Assembly: GCA_900320255.1 (NCBI GenBank)
Contig: ONRS01000027.1
Span: 922 to 64,921, forward strand
Reading direction: 5' to 3'
Source of the DNA: an uncultured Prevotellaceae bacterium
GTDB lineage: Bacteria; Bacteroidota; Bacteroidia; Bacteroidales; Bacteroidaceae
DNA length: 64,000 nt
Below are positions 40,976 to 51,982 of the stretch, one piece after another (position 1 is the first letter of the stretch; the number at the start of each line of letters is the position of its first letter). The notes under the pieces are model-generated. The model was given only the letters and a program-made list of their open reading frames with translations. It did no database searches and was not told the origin of the DNA. Both the position numbers and the translations under genes were made by a program.

Positions 40976-43224
40976 TGAAACAGAATATTTTTAGTAAATA
41001 TGCAGCCTATCTGCTCATAGCACTCCCCCTCGGGGGAGTCGGAGGGGGGCTCCTTACATCCTGTGCCGACGAGTTCAACCAGAACTATTCCGCTGATAAG
41101 CCTGCCAGGTTAGCTGAGTATGCCTATCTCGACGAATACCAGCCGCTGAAGAATTATGTCGATCGCTCCAAGTACCCCAACTTCAAACTGGGTATTGGAA
41201 CCACGGCTAACGAATACGTCAAGCAGGAGCTCGTCTATGCCCTGACCAACTCGAACTTCGACGAGACGGTTCCCGGCAATGCCATGAAGATGGCTTCATG
41301 TGTCAATGAAAAGGGTGAAATGAACTTCGCCACGGTCAGCGAGTATGTAAAGGCAGCAACAGACGCCGGTCTGCAGGTCTATGGACACACGCTGGCATGG
41401 CATGCCCAGCAGCCCGTCAAGTGGCTCAACAGCCTGCTGGCTGACCGTCCGGTACCCGTTGACCCCGACGGCATGAACGACGTGGTCGATTACAATCAGG
41501 ACATGCGCGAGTTCTCATCGTTCCCCTATTATGTCATGGGTTACACGCCAGAGTTCAGCCCCGAGGAAGGACTCATCAGCGAGTTCCCCGGCGGCTGGTA
41601 TCAGTACTTTGCCGCTACAGGCATTCCCACTGACCCCACCAAGGGCTATACCTACAAACTGACCTGCGAAATCAAGTCGAACATGGGTGGAAGCATTCCC
41701 GTGCAGATGCGCTGGTCGTGGGGTGAGGACCCTGCTGCTTCCTCGCTCGTCATCAACGAGGGTGATTGGGAAGAAGTAAGCTGCGAGTTCACCGGCATCA
41801 ATGGCACGTCGTGCGACATCATCTTCCAGCCCGGTATGTTCGAGGGCCGCTTCTGCATTCGTAACATCAAGGTTTCTCACTCTGAGGCCGCCGGGCCTGT
41901 CACCTTCATGGAGAGCCTGATTGACAATGGCGACATGGAGGGCGACGATGCCAAGAACTTCGCCTCTAAGGAGAATGCCGGAGCCACCGTCTATGAGATT
42001 ACCGACGGCGTAGGCCGCGACGGCAGCCGCGGTGTGAAGATTGCCTCTAAGGGCGGTCAGGCCGACGCGTGGGAGAGCCAGTTCTGGATTGTCTTCAACG
42101 ACGTTGTTCAGGCAGGCGACAAGATTCACGTATCCTTCGACTACCGCGCTGACGGCGGCTGCGTAGGGACAGGCGTTGACACGCAGGCACACTTCAATCC
42201 TGGTGAGTATCAGCACTGGTCGTGCGCCGGAACGGTACAGTTCACTGGCGACTGGCAGACCTACGACAAGAATGTCACCATCGATACCTCTATGGCTCCC
42301 GAGGGCAAGGGCATGAAGTCAATAGCCTTCAACATGTCGCCCAACGCTGCCGACGGTACCTATTATATTGATAACGTGGTATGCGAAATTGAGCGCACCA
42401 GTGCCAGCGGCGGTATTCCTTTGACCCCTGAGGAGAAGAGGGATACCCTCACATGGGCTATGGACAAATGGATTGAAGGTATGATGGAAGCTTGCCGGGA
42501 CGAGAGCGGTCAAGGCCTTGTTCACGCCTGGGACGTTGTCAACGAAGCCATCTCCGGCGGCAATCCTGACGGCGAAGGCGTCTATGCGCTGCAGCACGGC
42601 ACTCCCGACAACGTCAACGACTTCTTCTGGCAGGACTATCTGGGCGACATCGACTATGTCCGCACGGCCGTTGCCCTGGCCCGTATGTACGGTCCTGACG
42701 ACATCAAACTCTTCGTCAACGACTATAACCTGGAGAGCGACTGGGACCAGAACGGCAAGCTGAAGAGCCTTATCAAGTGGATTGAGCGCTGGGAGGCTGA
42801 CGGCCGCACGAAGATTGACGGCATCGGCTCGCAGATGCACATCTCCTGCTACGGCAACCCGGCCACTCAGGAAAGCAAGAAGAAGGCCATTGAGAACTCC
42901 TTCCGCCTGATGGCTGCCAGCGGCAAGCTGGTACGCATCAGCGAGCTCGACATGGGGTATGTTGACCAGTATGGCAACAAGGTCATCACGGCCGACATGA
43001 CCGAGGAGCAGCACAAGGAGATGGCCGAGCTCTACAAGTGGATTGTGGCCAAGTATCTTGAAATTATTCCTGTAGCCCAGCAGTGGGGCATCTGCCAGTG
43101 GTGTGCCACTGACGCTCCCGCAAACAGCGGATGGCGTGGCGGTGAGCCCGTCGGACTCTGGGATCTTGACTATTACCGTAAGCACACATACGCCGGCTTT
43201 GCCGACGGTCTTGCGGGAAAGTAA
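40975..43224 (+). CDS. GH10 endo-1,4-beta-xylanase interrupted by CBM4-like modules (Xyn10C-like lipoprotein)
   Basis: GNAMK, VYGHTLAWHAQ, then a long beta-rich insert, then AWDVVNEA, LFVNDYNLE, IDGIGSQMH, RISELD. Confidence 0.92.
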   Translation: MKQNIFSKYAAYLLIALPLGGVGGGLLTSCADEFNQNYSADKPARLAEYAYLDEYQPLKNYVDRSKYPNFKLGIGTTANEYVKQELVYALTNSNFDETVPGNAMKMASCVNEKGEMNFATVSEYVKAATDAGLQVYGHTLAWHAQQPVKWLNSLLADRPVPVDPDGMNDVVDYNQDMREFSSFPYYVMGYTPEFSPEEGLISEFPGGWYQYFAATGIPTDPTKGYTYKLTCEIKSNMGGSIPVQMRWSWGEDPAASSLVINEGDWEEVSCEFTGINGTSCDIIFQPGMFEGRFCIRNIKVSHSEAAGPVTFMESLIDNGDMEGDDAKNFASKENAGATVYEITDGVGRDGSRGVKIASKGGQADAWESQFWIVFNDVVQAGDKIHVSFDYRADGGCVGTGVDTQAHFNPGEYQHWSCAGTVQFTGDWQTYDKNVTIDTSMAPEGKGMKSIAFNMSPNAADGTYYIDNVVCEIERTSASGGIPLTPEEKRDTLTWAMDKWIEGMMEACRDESGQGLVHAWDVVNEAISGGNPDGEGVYALQHGTPDNVNDFFWQDYLGDIDYVRTAVALARMYGPDDIKLFVNDYNLESDWDQNGKLKSLIKWIERWEADGRTKIDGIGSQMHISCYGNPATQESKKKAIENSFRLMAASGKLVRISELDMGYVDQYGNKVITADMTEEQHKEMAELYKWIVAKYLEIIPVAQQWGICQWCATDAPANSGWRGGEPVGLWDLDYYRKHTYAGFADGLAGK
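41022..41051 (+). repeat. REP-like palindrome inside the GH10 signal peptide
   Basis: ACTCCCCCTCGGGGGAGT CGGAGGGGGGCT encoding LPLGGVGGG. Confidence 0.88.
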
Positions 43225-43266
43225 TTACCCTCCCCAAAGGGTAATTTTTAGAACTTTACATTGTGC

Positions 43267-43302
43267 GAAGCCCTGGCCTGTGAAGGTCGGGGCTTCTTTT
43301 TT
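43267..43302 (+). terminator. Rho-independent terminator of the xylan operon
   Basis: GAAGCCCTGGCC/GGTCGGGGCTTC stem followed by a T tract. Confidence 0.8.
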
Positions 43303-43383
43303 TGGAGGGAGTCCCCTCTTATCCCCCCTTGGGGGGAAGACGCCGTGCGAAAGCCTCCCCCAGGGGGGAGGTTGGAGGGGGCT
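43303..43383. repeat. Intergenic REP-like doublet
   Basis: CCCCTCTTATCCCCCCTTGGGGGGA and AAGCCTCCCCCAGGGGGGAGGTTGGAGGGGGCT. Confidence 0.85.
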
Positions 43384-43387
43384 GGGA

Positions 43388-43596
43388 GGCCGACTTTGGA
43401 ACGGAAAGTGGCCGACTTTGGAACGGGAAGTGGCCGAGTTTAAGGTACAAAGGTGCCGAGTTGAGGGTATGAAGGTGCCGACTTCGGGGTGCAAAGGTGC
43501 CGAGTCGTTAAACTGCAGCGGGCGGTGCAATCAAGTGCACCGCCCGCTGCAATTAATTGTACCGCCCGCTCAAGTTAAGTTGACCGCCCGCTCAAC
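43388..43596. repeat. Two adjacent 22-bp-period arrays
   Basis: KGCCGA at 43388, 43410, 43432, 43454, 43476, 43498; ACCGCCCGCT at 43539, 43561, 43583, with an inverted GCAGCGGGCGGTGCA at 43515. Confidence 0.88.
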
Positions 43597-43766
43597 TCCC
43601 CTTTGTGTCCGTTTTGCTAAAACATTAGCAAACAGCGGGCCGTGGCGGACTAACGGAACGACCATGCAAAGGTACAAAATTTACTTGGCAAATGCAAGGA
43701 AAACGGCAAGAAATTAATGATTACTTAATCTCTTTATCACAACTTTTTACGTGGGCGCAAATGTGC

Positions 43767-43811
43767 AAAAAAGACGGGCGAAAGTGTTGCGTCTTGTCAC
43801 TTTCGCCCGTC
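43767..43811 (-). terminator. Rho-independent terminator of the phosphatase-adhesin operon
   Basis: GACGGGCGAAAGTG/CACTTTCGCCCGTC perfect 14-bp stem with a T tract on the minus strand. Confidence 0.85.
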
Positions 43812-43834
43812 ATGAACTCTTTTAACGCTAACCG

Positions 43835-46800
43835 TTAGTTAATCACTGTCTTCTTTCCGTTAATGATGTAGATGCCCTTCAGGCCGCTGAGTGTGGTAGC
43901 CTGGCGGCGCACCAGTCGGCCGTCGGTGGTGTAAATGTCAGCGGGCAGCTGTCCGTGGCCTGTTATCAGCAGTCCCTCAATGCCTGTAACAGTAAGCGTG
44001 GCCGATGCGGGCTGCGACTCCTGACCGTTGGCATAGACGGCGGTCACGGCGAAGGTGTGGTCACCATCGGTGAGCTGGTCAGCAGGAACGGTATAGGTGG
44101 TCACACCGTCCTCGACGGTAGCCACTAACTGACCGTCGCAGTAGATGTTGTACGACGTGACGGCACCGGCATAGTTGAAGGTGACGTCGTCGAGCATTAC
44201 ACCAAACACGTCGGTCGAGGTGTGGCGAATGGCGAAGTACTTGGTGCCCTCGGGCAGGGTGACCGAGAACTGCGTCCACGACTCCTCGTCGGTCATGAAG
44301 CTCTCTATCAGCTCGAAGCTGTTGGGCTGGTTGTCGGTCTTAGAGGCCAGCACCTCGAACGACTCTGCACCATACTGGCTGGTGATGGCACGCAGGAAGA
44401 AGCTGATTTCCTGTTCGGTGCCGGGCAGCAGCGGTGAGATGAGCCAGTGGTCGGCAGCGGCGGCTGTGCCTCCGTCGTCGGGCACGGGACACATGGACAT
44501 CATGACCTGTGTGCCGCTGTGGCCTGCCTCACCGGTGAAGCCAGCCTTGACAATGTCGAAGGCCATCCATGCAGAAGGCTGGTAGCGGTTCTCGTAGTCG
44601 CCGGCTTCCTGCCAGCTATAGACGTCGCTGCCGTTGCCGTCGTACATGGTCCACTCGCCGATGCTTCCGTTGTGCTCAGTGGCGGTAATGCCGCCAATGC
44701 TGAAGCTGGGGAAGGTATTGTTGTCGTCGAAGGTCTCTGTGTATTCGCCAGGCTCGGAAGTCGGTGCGCTCCAATTCAGCTCAACGCCAGCGTCGGTATT
44801 CTCTGCCGTAAGGTTTTCAGCGGGTGCGGCGTCGGACACCGTGAGGGCGATGGTCGTCTCGGCGGTGTTGTCTTCGGTTTTCTCGTCGGCGCTGTATTCC
44901 ACCTGTACGGTGACGGGCAGGTCGGCAGCCTCGTCGAAGACGGTAGTAGCCAGCTCAGCAGTGAACACGCGTGAGGCGAACGGTGCCAGTGCGTCGCTGA
45001 CGGTCTCCTGAAGGAGTACGTCCTCGCCGCTGAGCACCTTGACGGTGTAGCCCGTGGCGGGCTGCTCGCCCCAGTTGGTGACGGTGGCGGTAATGGTAAC
45101 GGTCTTGCCGGCCTGCACGGTGGCAGGTGCCGAGAGCTCTACGCCGAGGTTATGTGCAAAGAGGTCAACAATGCGGATGTTGTCGATGATGAGTGCGTCG
45201 CCCTCTTCTTCAATGTCGCCCCACGAGTCAACGGCGGTCGGGTTAGTGATGGTGGCGGTGAGCCCGGCCTGTGCAAAGTTACCGTTCTTCAGGCTGTTGA
45301 GGCTTACCTTCACGGTCGTATAGCCAGAGGATGTCACGGTCTCGGTGGCCAGTGTCTGACGTTCGCCGCCATTAGTGCTGCCTATCACGCTGAGGCTGCT
45401 TACGCCAAAGCCTGCGGCATCGAAGAGCAGCGTGGGGTTGGTGGCATCCTTGAGGTTCAGCTTACCCGAGATGAGGAAGATGTCGCCAGCTTCCAGGGCT
45501 GTCAGGGCCATGGCGGTGCCATCGTCATCGCTCGACTGCGAGAACAGCAGCGGATAGCTGTTGCTGTCCCAGTAGTAGTGGAGGCTGCCTCCGGCAAAGC
45601 CTTCCACGACGGGCAGGTCGTAGGGTGCACCCGTAATGATCAGAGCCGATGACACCTCGTCAACGTACGACTCTCCCGCAGCGTTGCGAGCTGCCACATA
45701 CCACTTCTGGAAGCCCTGTTCGCCCTCGTTGGTGGCAAAGTCGAGCTGACACGTGGTAGCACCCTTCACGGTGGCTACCTCCTCGTCGGTATAGGTCGAG
45801 TTGGGGTAGCAGGCATAAATGACGTATTCCACGTCGGCGGGGTTGACGTAGCCGCCATTGCGTCCGGTCTCCGTCACCGGGTCCCACGTCAGCAGCACGG
45901 TGGTAGTCTGGTCAGTAGCCTGCACGCCAGTCACTATGTCGGGAACGTCGGGACCTACATAGACGGTGAGCTTCTGGCTCTTCGTGCCGATGCCGCTGTC
46001 GTTGTAGGGAATGGCCTGATAAGTGTGGTTGCCAATCTCATCGACCTCGGTGTCGGTATAGGTGAGCACAGCGCCGGGAGTCACGTTTTCAAACTCCTTG
46101 ATGACGCTGTTGTCGCGGTAGAGCTCTATCTTGGTGATGTTCTGGGTCAGCGTGTTGCCATCGTTGTCCTTCTCGGGGGCATTGATGGTGACGGTTGCCT
46201 GCAAGGCACCCTTTTCGCCTGCTGTCACCGCCAGTTCGGGAGCTGCGGGAGCCGTGCCCTCGGGAGCGAAGTCGATGGTTACCTTATGAATCCAGAGCTC
46301 GTACATGTCAGGGTCGCTGATGGCGTGTATGGCCACATAATAGGCACCCGTTTCCGTGGCTTCGAATGTTGCCTCGAACTCCTTGTGGTCTTCTTCGGTC
46401 ACCTCGCAGTTCTCGAGCACCTTCACGTTGAGTCCCTCGACGGAGGCCTCGCGGCCCACGACGATTTCGAAACGCTCCGTGTAGCCGGCCGAACCGGCAT
46501 CAACGGTGATGGTGTATTTCTTGCCGGCTTCCATGTGGAGGGCAGGCGATATGAGGTAGTCGTCAGCCGCGTTGTCGCTGTTGTATTCGTAGGTGGCGCG
46601 TGTGCCGCCGTCCCACTCCCAACGGCTGTTGTCGTCGTTGGCATCAATCATGGTGAACTGTCCGCCCACGGCATCCTGGGTGAAGTCAGCCACGTAAGGA
46701 ATGTCGAACACATAGTTCAGGCGCACGGTCACCACGTCGCTCTTGTCGCCCTCGCCGTCGGCATTGTAGGCTACCACCTGGTAGTTATAGGTGGTGCCCG

Positions 46801-48817
46801 TCAGCTCTTCGTCGTCATCTACGTAGGTCAGCTTCGTGCCGGGAGCCACGTCCTCGAAGCTCGTGATGACCACGCCGTCGCGCAGCAGGTCGATGTGCGT
46901 GAGGTTAGCGGTCAGCGCTTCGCCGCCGATGCTCTTTGTCGGGGCGGTGAAGGTGACGGTGGCTATGGGCTTCTCAGCGTCGGCAACGGCGGCGAGGTCG
47001 GTGACGGCAGCGGGAGCCGTCAGCACGGTCTCGCTGACGAGCATGTTATCCACGCGCAGTGAAGCGTGGTCAGCATCGCTGGTGGCATGAATGCCGAAGC
47101 GGTAGTAGCCCGACGTGCTGACGGTGATGAACTTGTTGCTCAGCGTCAGGGGTATCTCGGTCTGCAGCTCTGTGCTCTCGATGATGGTCTGAAGCGGAGC
47201 TGGCAGTGTGGAGAGGGGCGACAGGTCAGCAATGTTCTCGAACAGCGCCACCTCCACACGCTCGCTGTAGGCATTCGACGAGCAGTGGGCGTCAATGGCG
47301 AAACTGTAGGTCTTGCCTGCCTCTAAGCGAATGGCGGGCGAGATGAGCCAGTCGTCAGCCTGGTTGTCGCTGTTGTATTTATAGGATGCCTCGCCCTCAT
47401 AGTGCTGCCATGAGCTGCCGTCGTAGTTTGCATCAATGACGGTGAACCGTTCCCATTCGTCGGTAGTGTCGAAACCGTTGGCATACGGCAGCGTCTCAAT
47501 GGGCTTGTTGGGGTCTTCTATCTGTATGGTGAGGTCGTCCATCCAGATGAAGGCGCTGACATCAACGGTCTGTGTGTTGTCAATGAGCTTGTTCTGCGAT
47601 TTCAGCACCTTCGCCTCTGCGTCCCATGTCATGGTGAAGTCGGTAAGGTCAGCCCCGTCGGAGCCCACGGCATAATGGGTGGTTCCCTCCATGGTGCCTA
47701 TCTGCTGCAGGCCGCTGAAGGTGACCTGGTCGCCATCGATGGTGCCCTTTATCCAGGCTTGGTTGAGGGGCGACGTGTTGTCAAGCATCGCCTGCCACTG
47801 ACCGAAGACGGCTGTGAAGACTCCCTGCACATAGACATCGTTACCATCGAAGCCGATGGTGACCGTGCCACTGAAGGGGTTCACCTGGTTAGTTCCAGCA
47901 GGCACACGGTAGTGGCCTTTGGCATACCATGTTTCGGTCTGCAAGCCTGCAGGAGGCGTCACGGTGATGACGGGCAGCGGCTCGAAGTCGCTCTGGTAGG
48001 TCCACACCGTCTCGTAGTCGCCCTGCCAGGCAAAGGCATCGTCGTCGTCCCAGAACAGTCCCATGAACATTTCTTCTGATGAGTTCTGGAGTGTGATGGT
48101 GCCCTCCTCATCATCGATGGCGAAGGTGAAGTTGCCACCGTTGTAGCTGTCATGGCAGCTGAAGCCAATGCCGTCGTTCACACCCCAGCGCACGCTGAAG
48201 GTGATGGTGGCATCAGGGTTATAGTAAATGGGCTGCTTGGCGGGAATGGTGAGGGTGCTGCCCTCGCGTGTACCCTTCACCCAGGCACCGGTGGGATAGC
48301 TGGAGAGGATGTTGCGCACATAGACCGTGCCATCCTCGCACTCCACAATGTGCACGTTGCCGCTCTGGGGGATGTTCTGCAGGCCTCCGTCGTTGCTGTA
48401 GTTCATGCCGCTACGGGTATAGACTTTGCGTACGCCCTCGGCAGGCGAGACAATGATGCCGTGTTCGTCCAACAGCTCACCCGTGGCAGCCCTCATGGGC
48501 AGCTTTTGAGCGTTGAGGAGAGAGCCCCAGCCTCCCCCCAACCCCCTCCAACTGGAGGGGGAGTTCTGCTGTGCCAAAAGCCTCCCCCTTGGGGGGAGGT
48601 TGGAGGGGGCTCCCTTCGACCTTCGACCTTTGACCTTAGCCCTTTGACCGTCAAGAGCCAGCCTTCGACCTTCGGCCTTTGACCTTTGACTAATAAAATT
48701 AAACACCTTTGCCTTGGGCGCGGCCTTCTTCGTGTGGAAGTCCTGCGCACTGGCTGTCATCATGCTGCCGCCAAGAGTGAGCAAAGCAGCGAGCATCCAT
48801 AGTTTAGTTTTCTTCAT
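43835..48817 (-). CDS. Large secreted adhesin-like protein (cleaved-adhesin/choice-of-anchor J and FN3 modules, T9SS-like C-terminus)
   Basis: Signal peptide; three (A)DD(W/Y)LISP-type modules; FAIRHTS; FN3-like repeats; C-terminal IYTTDGRLV..GIYIINGKKTVIN. Confidence 0.8.
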   Translation of the reverse strand: MKKTKLWMLAALLTLGGSMMTASAQDFHTKKAAPKAKVFNFISQRSKAEGRRLALDGQRAKVKGRRSKGAPSNLPPRGRLLAQQNSPSSWRGLGGGWGSLLNAQKLPMRAATGELLDEHGIIVSPAEGVRKVYTRSGMNYSNDGGLQNIPQSGNVHIVECEDGTVYVRNILSSYPTGAWVKGTREGSTLTIPAKQPIYYNPDATITFSVRWGVNDGIGFSCHDSYNGGNFTFAIDDEEGTITLQNSSEEMFMGLFWDDDDAFAWQGDYETVWTYQSDFEPLPVITVTPPAGLQTETWYAKGHYRVPAGTNQVNPFSGTVTIGFDGNDVYVQGVFTAVFGQWQAMLDNTSPLNQAWIKGTIDGDQVTFSGLQQIGTMEGTTHYAVGSDGADLTDFTMTWDAEAKVLKSQNKLIDNTQTVDVSAFIWMDDLTIQIEDPNKPIETLPYANGFDTTDEWERFTVIDANYDGSSWQHYEGEASYKYNSDNQADDWLISPAIRLEAGKTYSFAIDAHCSSNAYSERVEVALFENIADLSPLSTLPAPLQTIIESTELQTEIPLTLSNKFITVSTSGYYRFGIHATSDADHASLRVDNMLVSETVLTAPAAVTDLAAVADAEKPIATVTFTAPTKSIGGEALTANLTHIDLLRDGVVITSFEDVAPGTKLTYVDDDEELTGTTYNYQVVAYNADGEGDKSDVVTVRLNYVFDIPYVADFTQDAVGGQFTMIDANDDNSRWEWDGGTRATYEYNSDNAADDYLISPALHMEAGKKYTITVDAGSAGYTERFEIVVGREASVEGLNVKVLENCEVTEEDHKEFEATFEATETGAYYVAIHAISDPDMYELWIHKVTIDFAPEGTAPAAPELAVTAGEKGALQATVTINAPEKDNDGNTLTQNITKIELYRDNSVIKEFENVTPGAVLTYTDTEVDEIGNHTYQAIPYNDSGIGTKSQKLTVYVGPDVPDIVTGVQATDQTTTVLLTWDPVTETGRNGGYVNPADVEYVIYACYPNSTYTDEEVATVKGATTCQLDFATNEGEQGFQKWYVAARNAAGESYVDEVSSALIITGAPYDLPVVEGFAGGSLHYYWDSNSYPLLFSQSSDDDGTAMALTALEAGDIFLISGKLNLKDATNPTLLFDAAGFGVSSLSVIGSTNGGERQTLATETVTSSGYTTVKVSLNSLKNGNFAQAGLTATITNPTAVDSWGDIEEEGDALIIDNIRIVDLFAHNLGVELSAPATVQAGKTVTITATVTNWGEQPATGYTVKVLSGEDVLLQETVSDALAPFASRVFTAELATTVFDEAADLPVTVQVEYSADEKTEDNTAETTIALTVSDAAPAENLTAENTDAGVELNWSAPTSEPGEYTETFDDNNTFPSFSIGGITATEHNGSIGEWTMYDGNGSDVYSWQEAGDYENRYQPSAWMAFDIVKAGFTGEAGHSGTQVMMSMCPVPDDGGTAAAADHWLISPLLPGTEQEISFFLRAITSQYGAESFEVLASKTDNQPNSFELIESFMTDEESWTQFSVTLPEGTKYFAIRHTSTDVFGVMLDDVTFNYAGAVTSYNIYCDGQLVATVEDGVTTYTVPADQLTDGDHTFAVTAVYANGQESQPASATLTVTGIEGLLITGHGQLPADIYTTDGRLVRRQATTLSGLKGIYIINGKKTVIN
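48506..48690 (-). repeat. In-frame AGGTCRA heptamers, REP doublet and CTCAA heptamers after the signal peptide
   Basis: Encodes SQRSKAEGRR..KVKGRRSKGAPSNLPPRGRL..SPSSWRGLGGGWGSLLNAQ. Confidence 0.9.
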
Positions 48818-48840
48818 AATTATAGTAGTTTTAGCATTAA

Positions 48841-49698
48841 TTATTTTCTGACGACCTTATGCTGGTCTTCAATGACGATGCCGCGCGTGCTGTCAGTGGC
48901 GGGCGTGCCGTCGAGCCGATAGGCACGGGTGGCAGGGTGCTCAATGACCGGGGCGCTCTCGAGACCGGCAGCCTGGCTCGACTTCTCCTTATACTCCTGT
49001 TGTGCCTTCTTCATCTGGGCGATGAAAGCGTCGTTGCCCTGCAGGGCACAGAAGCCGATGCTGGCAGCGGTGCGGCTGGCATCGACGTCACTCTGCCAGT
49101 GAGCCCCCACAATGACGCGGCTGTTGCAGTAGTCCCAGCCACGGCTGAAGATTTCGGTAGCACGCTCGGGAGCTATCTGTGCCAGGAGCAGCGAGATGGT
49201 CCATCCGCGCAGGCTGTGACCCGAGGGATAGCTGCCCTCTCCGCGCAGGTCGTCTTCTTCGTGCGAAGGCATGCTGTCGTCGAACCGCTCGAAGGGGCGC
49301 TCACGCTGATAGAAAGCCTTGGGCTCCTTGCGCATGGGGTCGGTGGTAGCGAGACTGGTTTCCATCAGTTTCCATATCTCAGGAGTATTGGTCTCGTTGA
49401 TTTCCAGTCCGAAGGCATCCTTCCACTGCAGGAAGAGCTTGGCATGGTCGTTCCACTCGGCATCGGCAATGGCCAGTGCCACGCGGTCGGGGTCCTGTCG
49501 CTGTTGCTTTCCCCAGCAGTAGCGCACCACGTCGTTGGCAAACTCTGGGCTGTCGAAGGCAGGCGGAGCCGGCATAATATTAATCAGTTTGGGCAACTGA
49601 TCGAGTTCAATGTACGGTTGCACAGCGTCAGTCTGTGCCGAAGCATTCAGGGTAGCCATGATGGCGACTACGGCCAAAACAATAATCTTTCTCATCAT
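48841..49698 (-). CDS. Class A non-specific acid phosphatase (PAP2 family), secreted
   Basis: KAFYQRERPF, SYPSGH, SRVIVGAHWQSDV. Start ATG 49698. Confidence 0.9.
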   Translation of the reverse strand: MMRKIIVLAVVAIMATLNASAQTDAVQPYIELDQLPKLINIMPAPPAFDSPEFANDVVRYCWGKQQRQDPDRVALAIADAEWNDHAKLFLQWKDAFGLEINETNTPEIWKLMETSLATTDPMRKEPKAFYQRERPFERFDDSMPSHEEDDLRGEGSYPSGHSLRGWTISLLLAQIAPERATEIFSRGWDYCNSRVIVGAHWQSDVDASRTAASIGFCALQGNDAFIAQMKKAQQEYKEKSSQAAGLESAPVIEHPATRAYRLDGTPATDSTRGIVIEDQHKVVRK

Positions 49699-49864
49699 AT
49701 TATATATATAAGTACTTATGTTTATAATGGGTGCAAAGGTACAAAATAATGATATAAGAAAATAACATTTTCTGCTTTTTTGCTTCATTTTAGCGACAAA
49801 TGGTTAGAAAATAACCACAATTACGGAATAATTGAAAAAGAACGGAGGGTAAAAATACGATTGT

Positions 49865-51974
<2,110 letters not shown>

Positions 51975-51982
51975 CGCTAACT

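Noticed and set aside
29924-43224. Tandem SusC/D pairs and CBM-interrupted GH10 as a novel system
   Set aside because: This matches the described Prevotella/Bacteroides core xylan utilisation (xus/Xyn10C) cluster.
43388-43596. Possible CRISPR array (also 23752 and 55176)
   Set aside because: The period is only 22 bp, units are degenerate tandem copies with no unique 30-40-bp spacers, and no cas genes are present.
43103-43717. ORFs 43103..43717 (+) and 43225..43530 (-)
   Set aside because: They translate REP and 22-bp repeats, cross a terminator and show no protein-like motifs.
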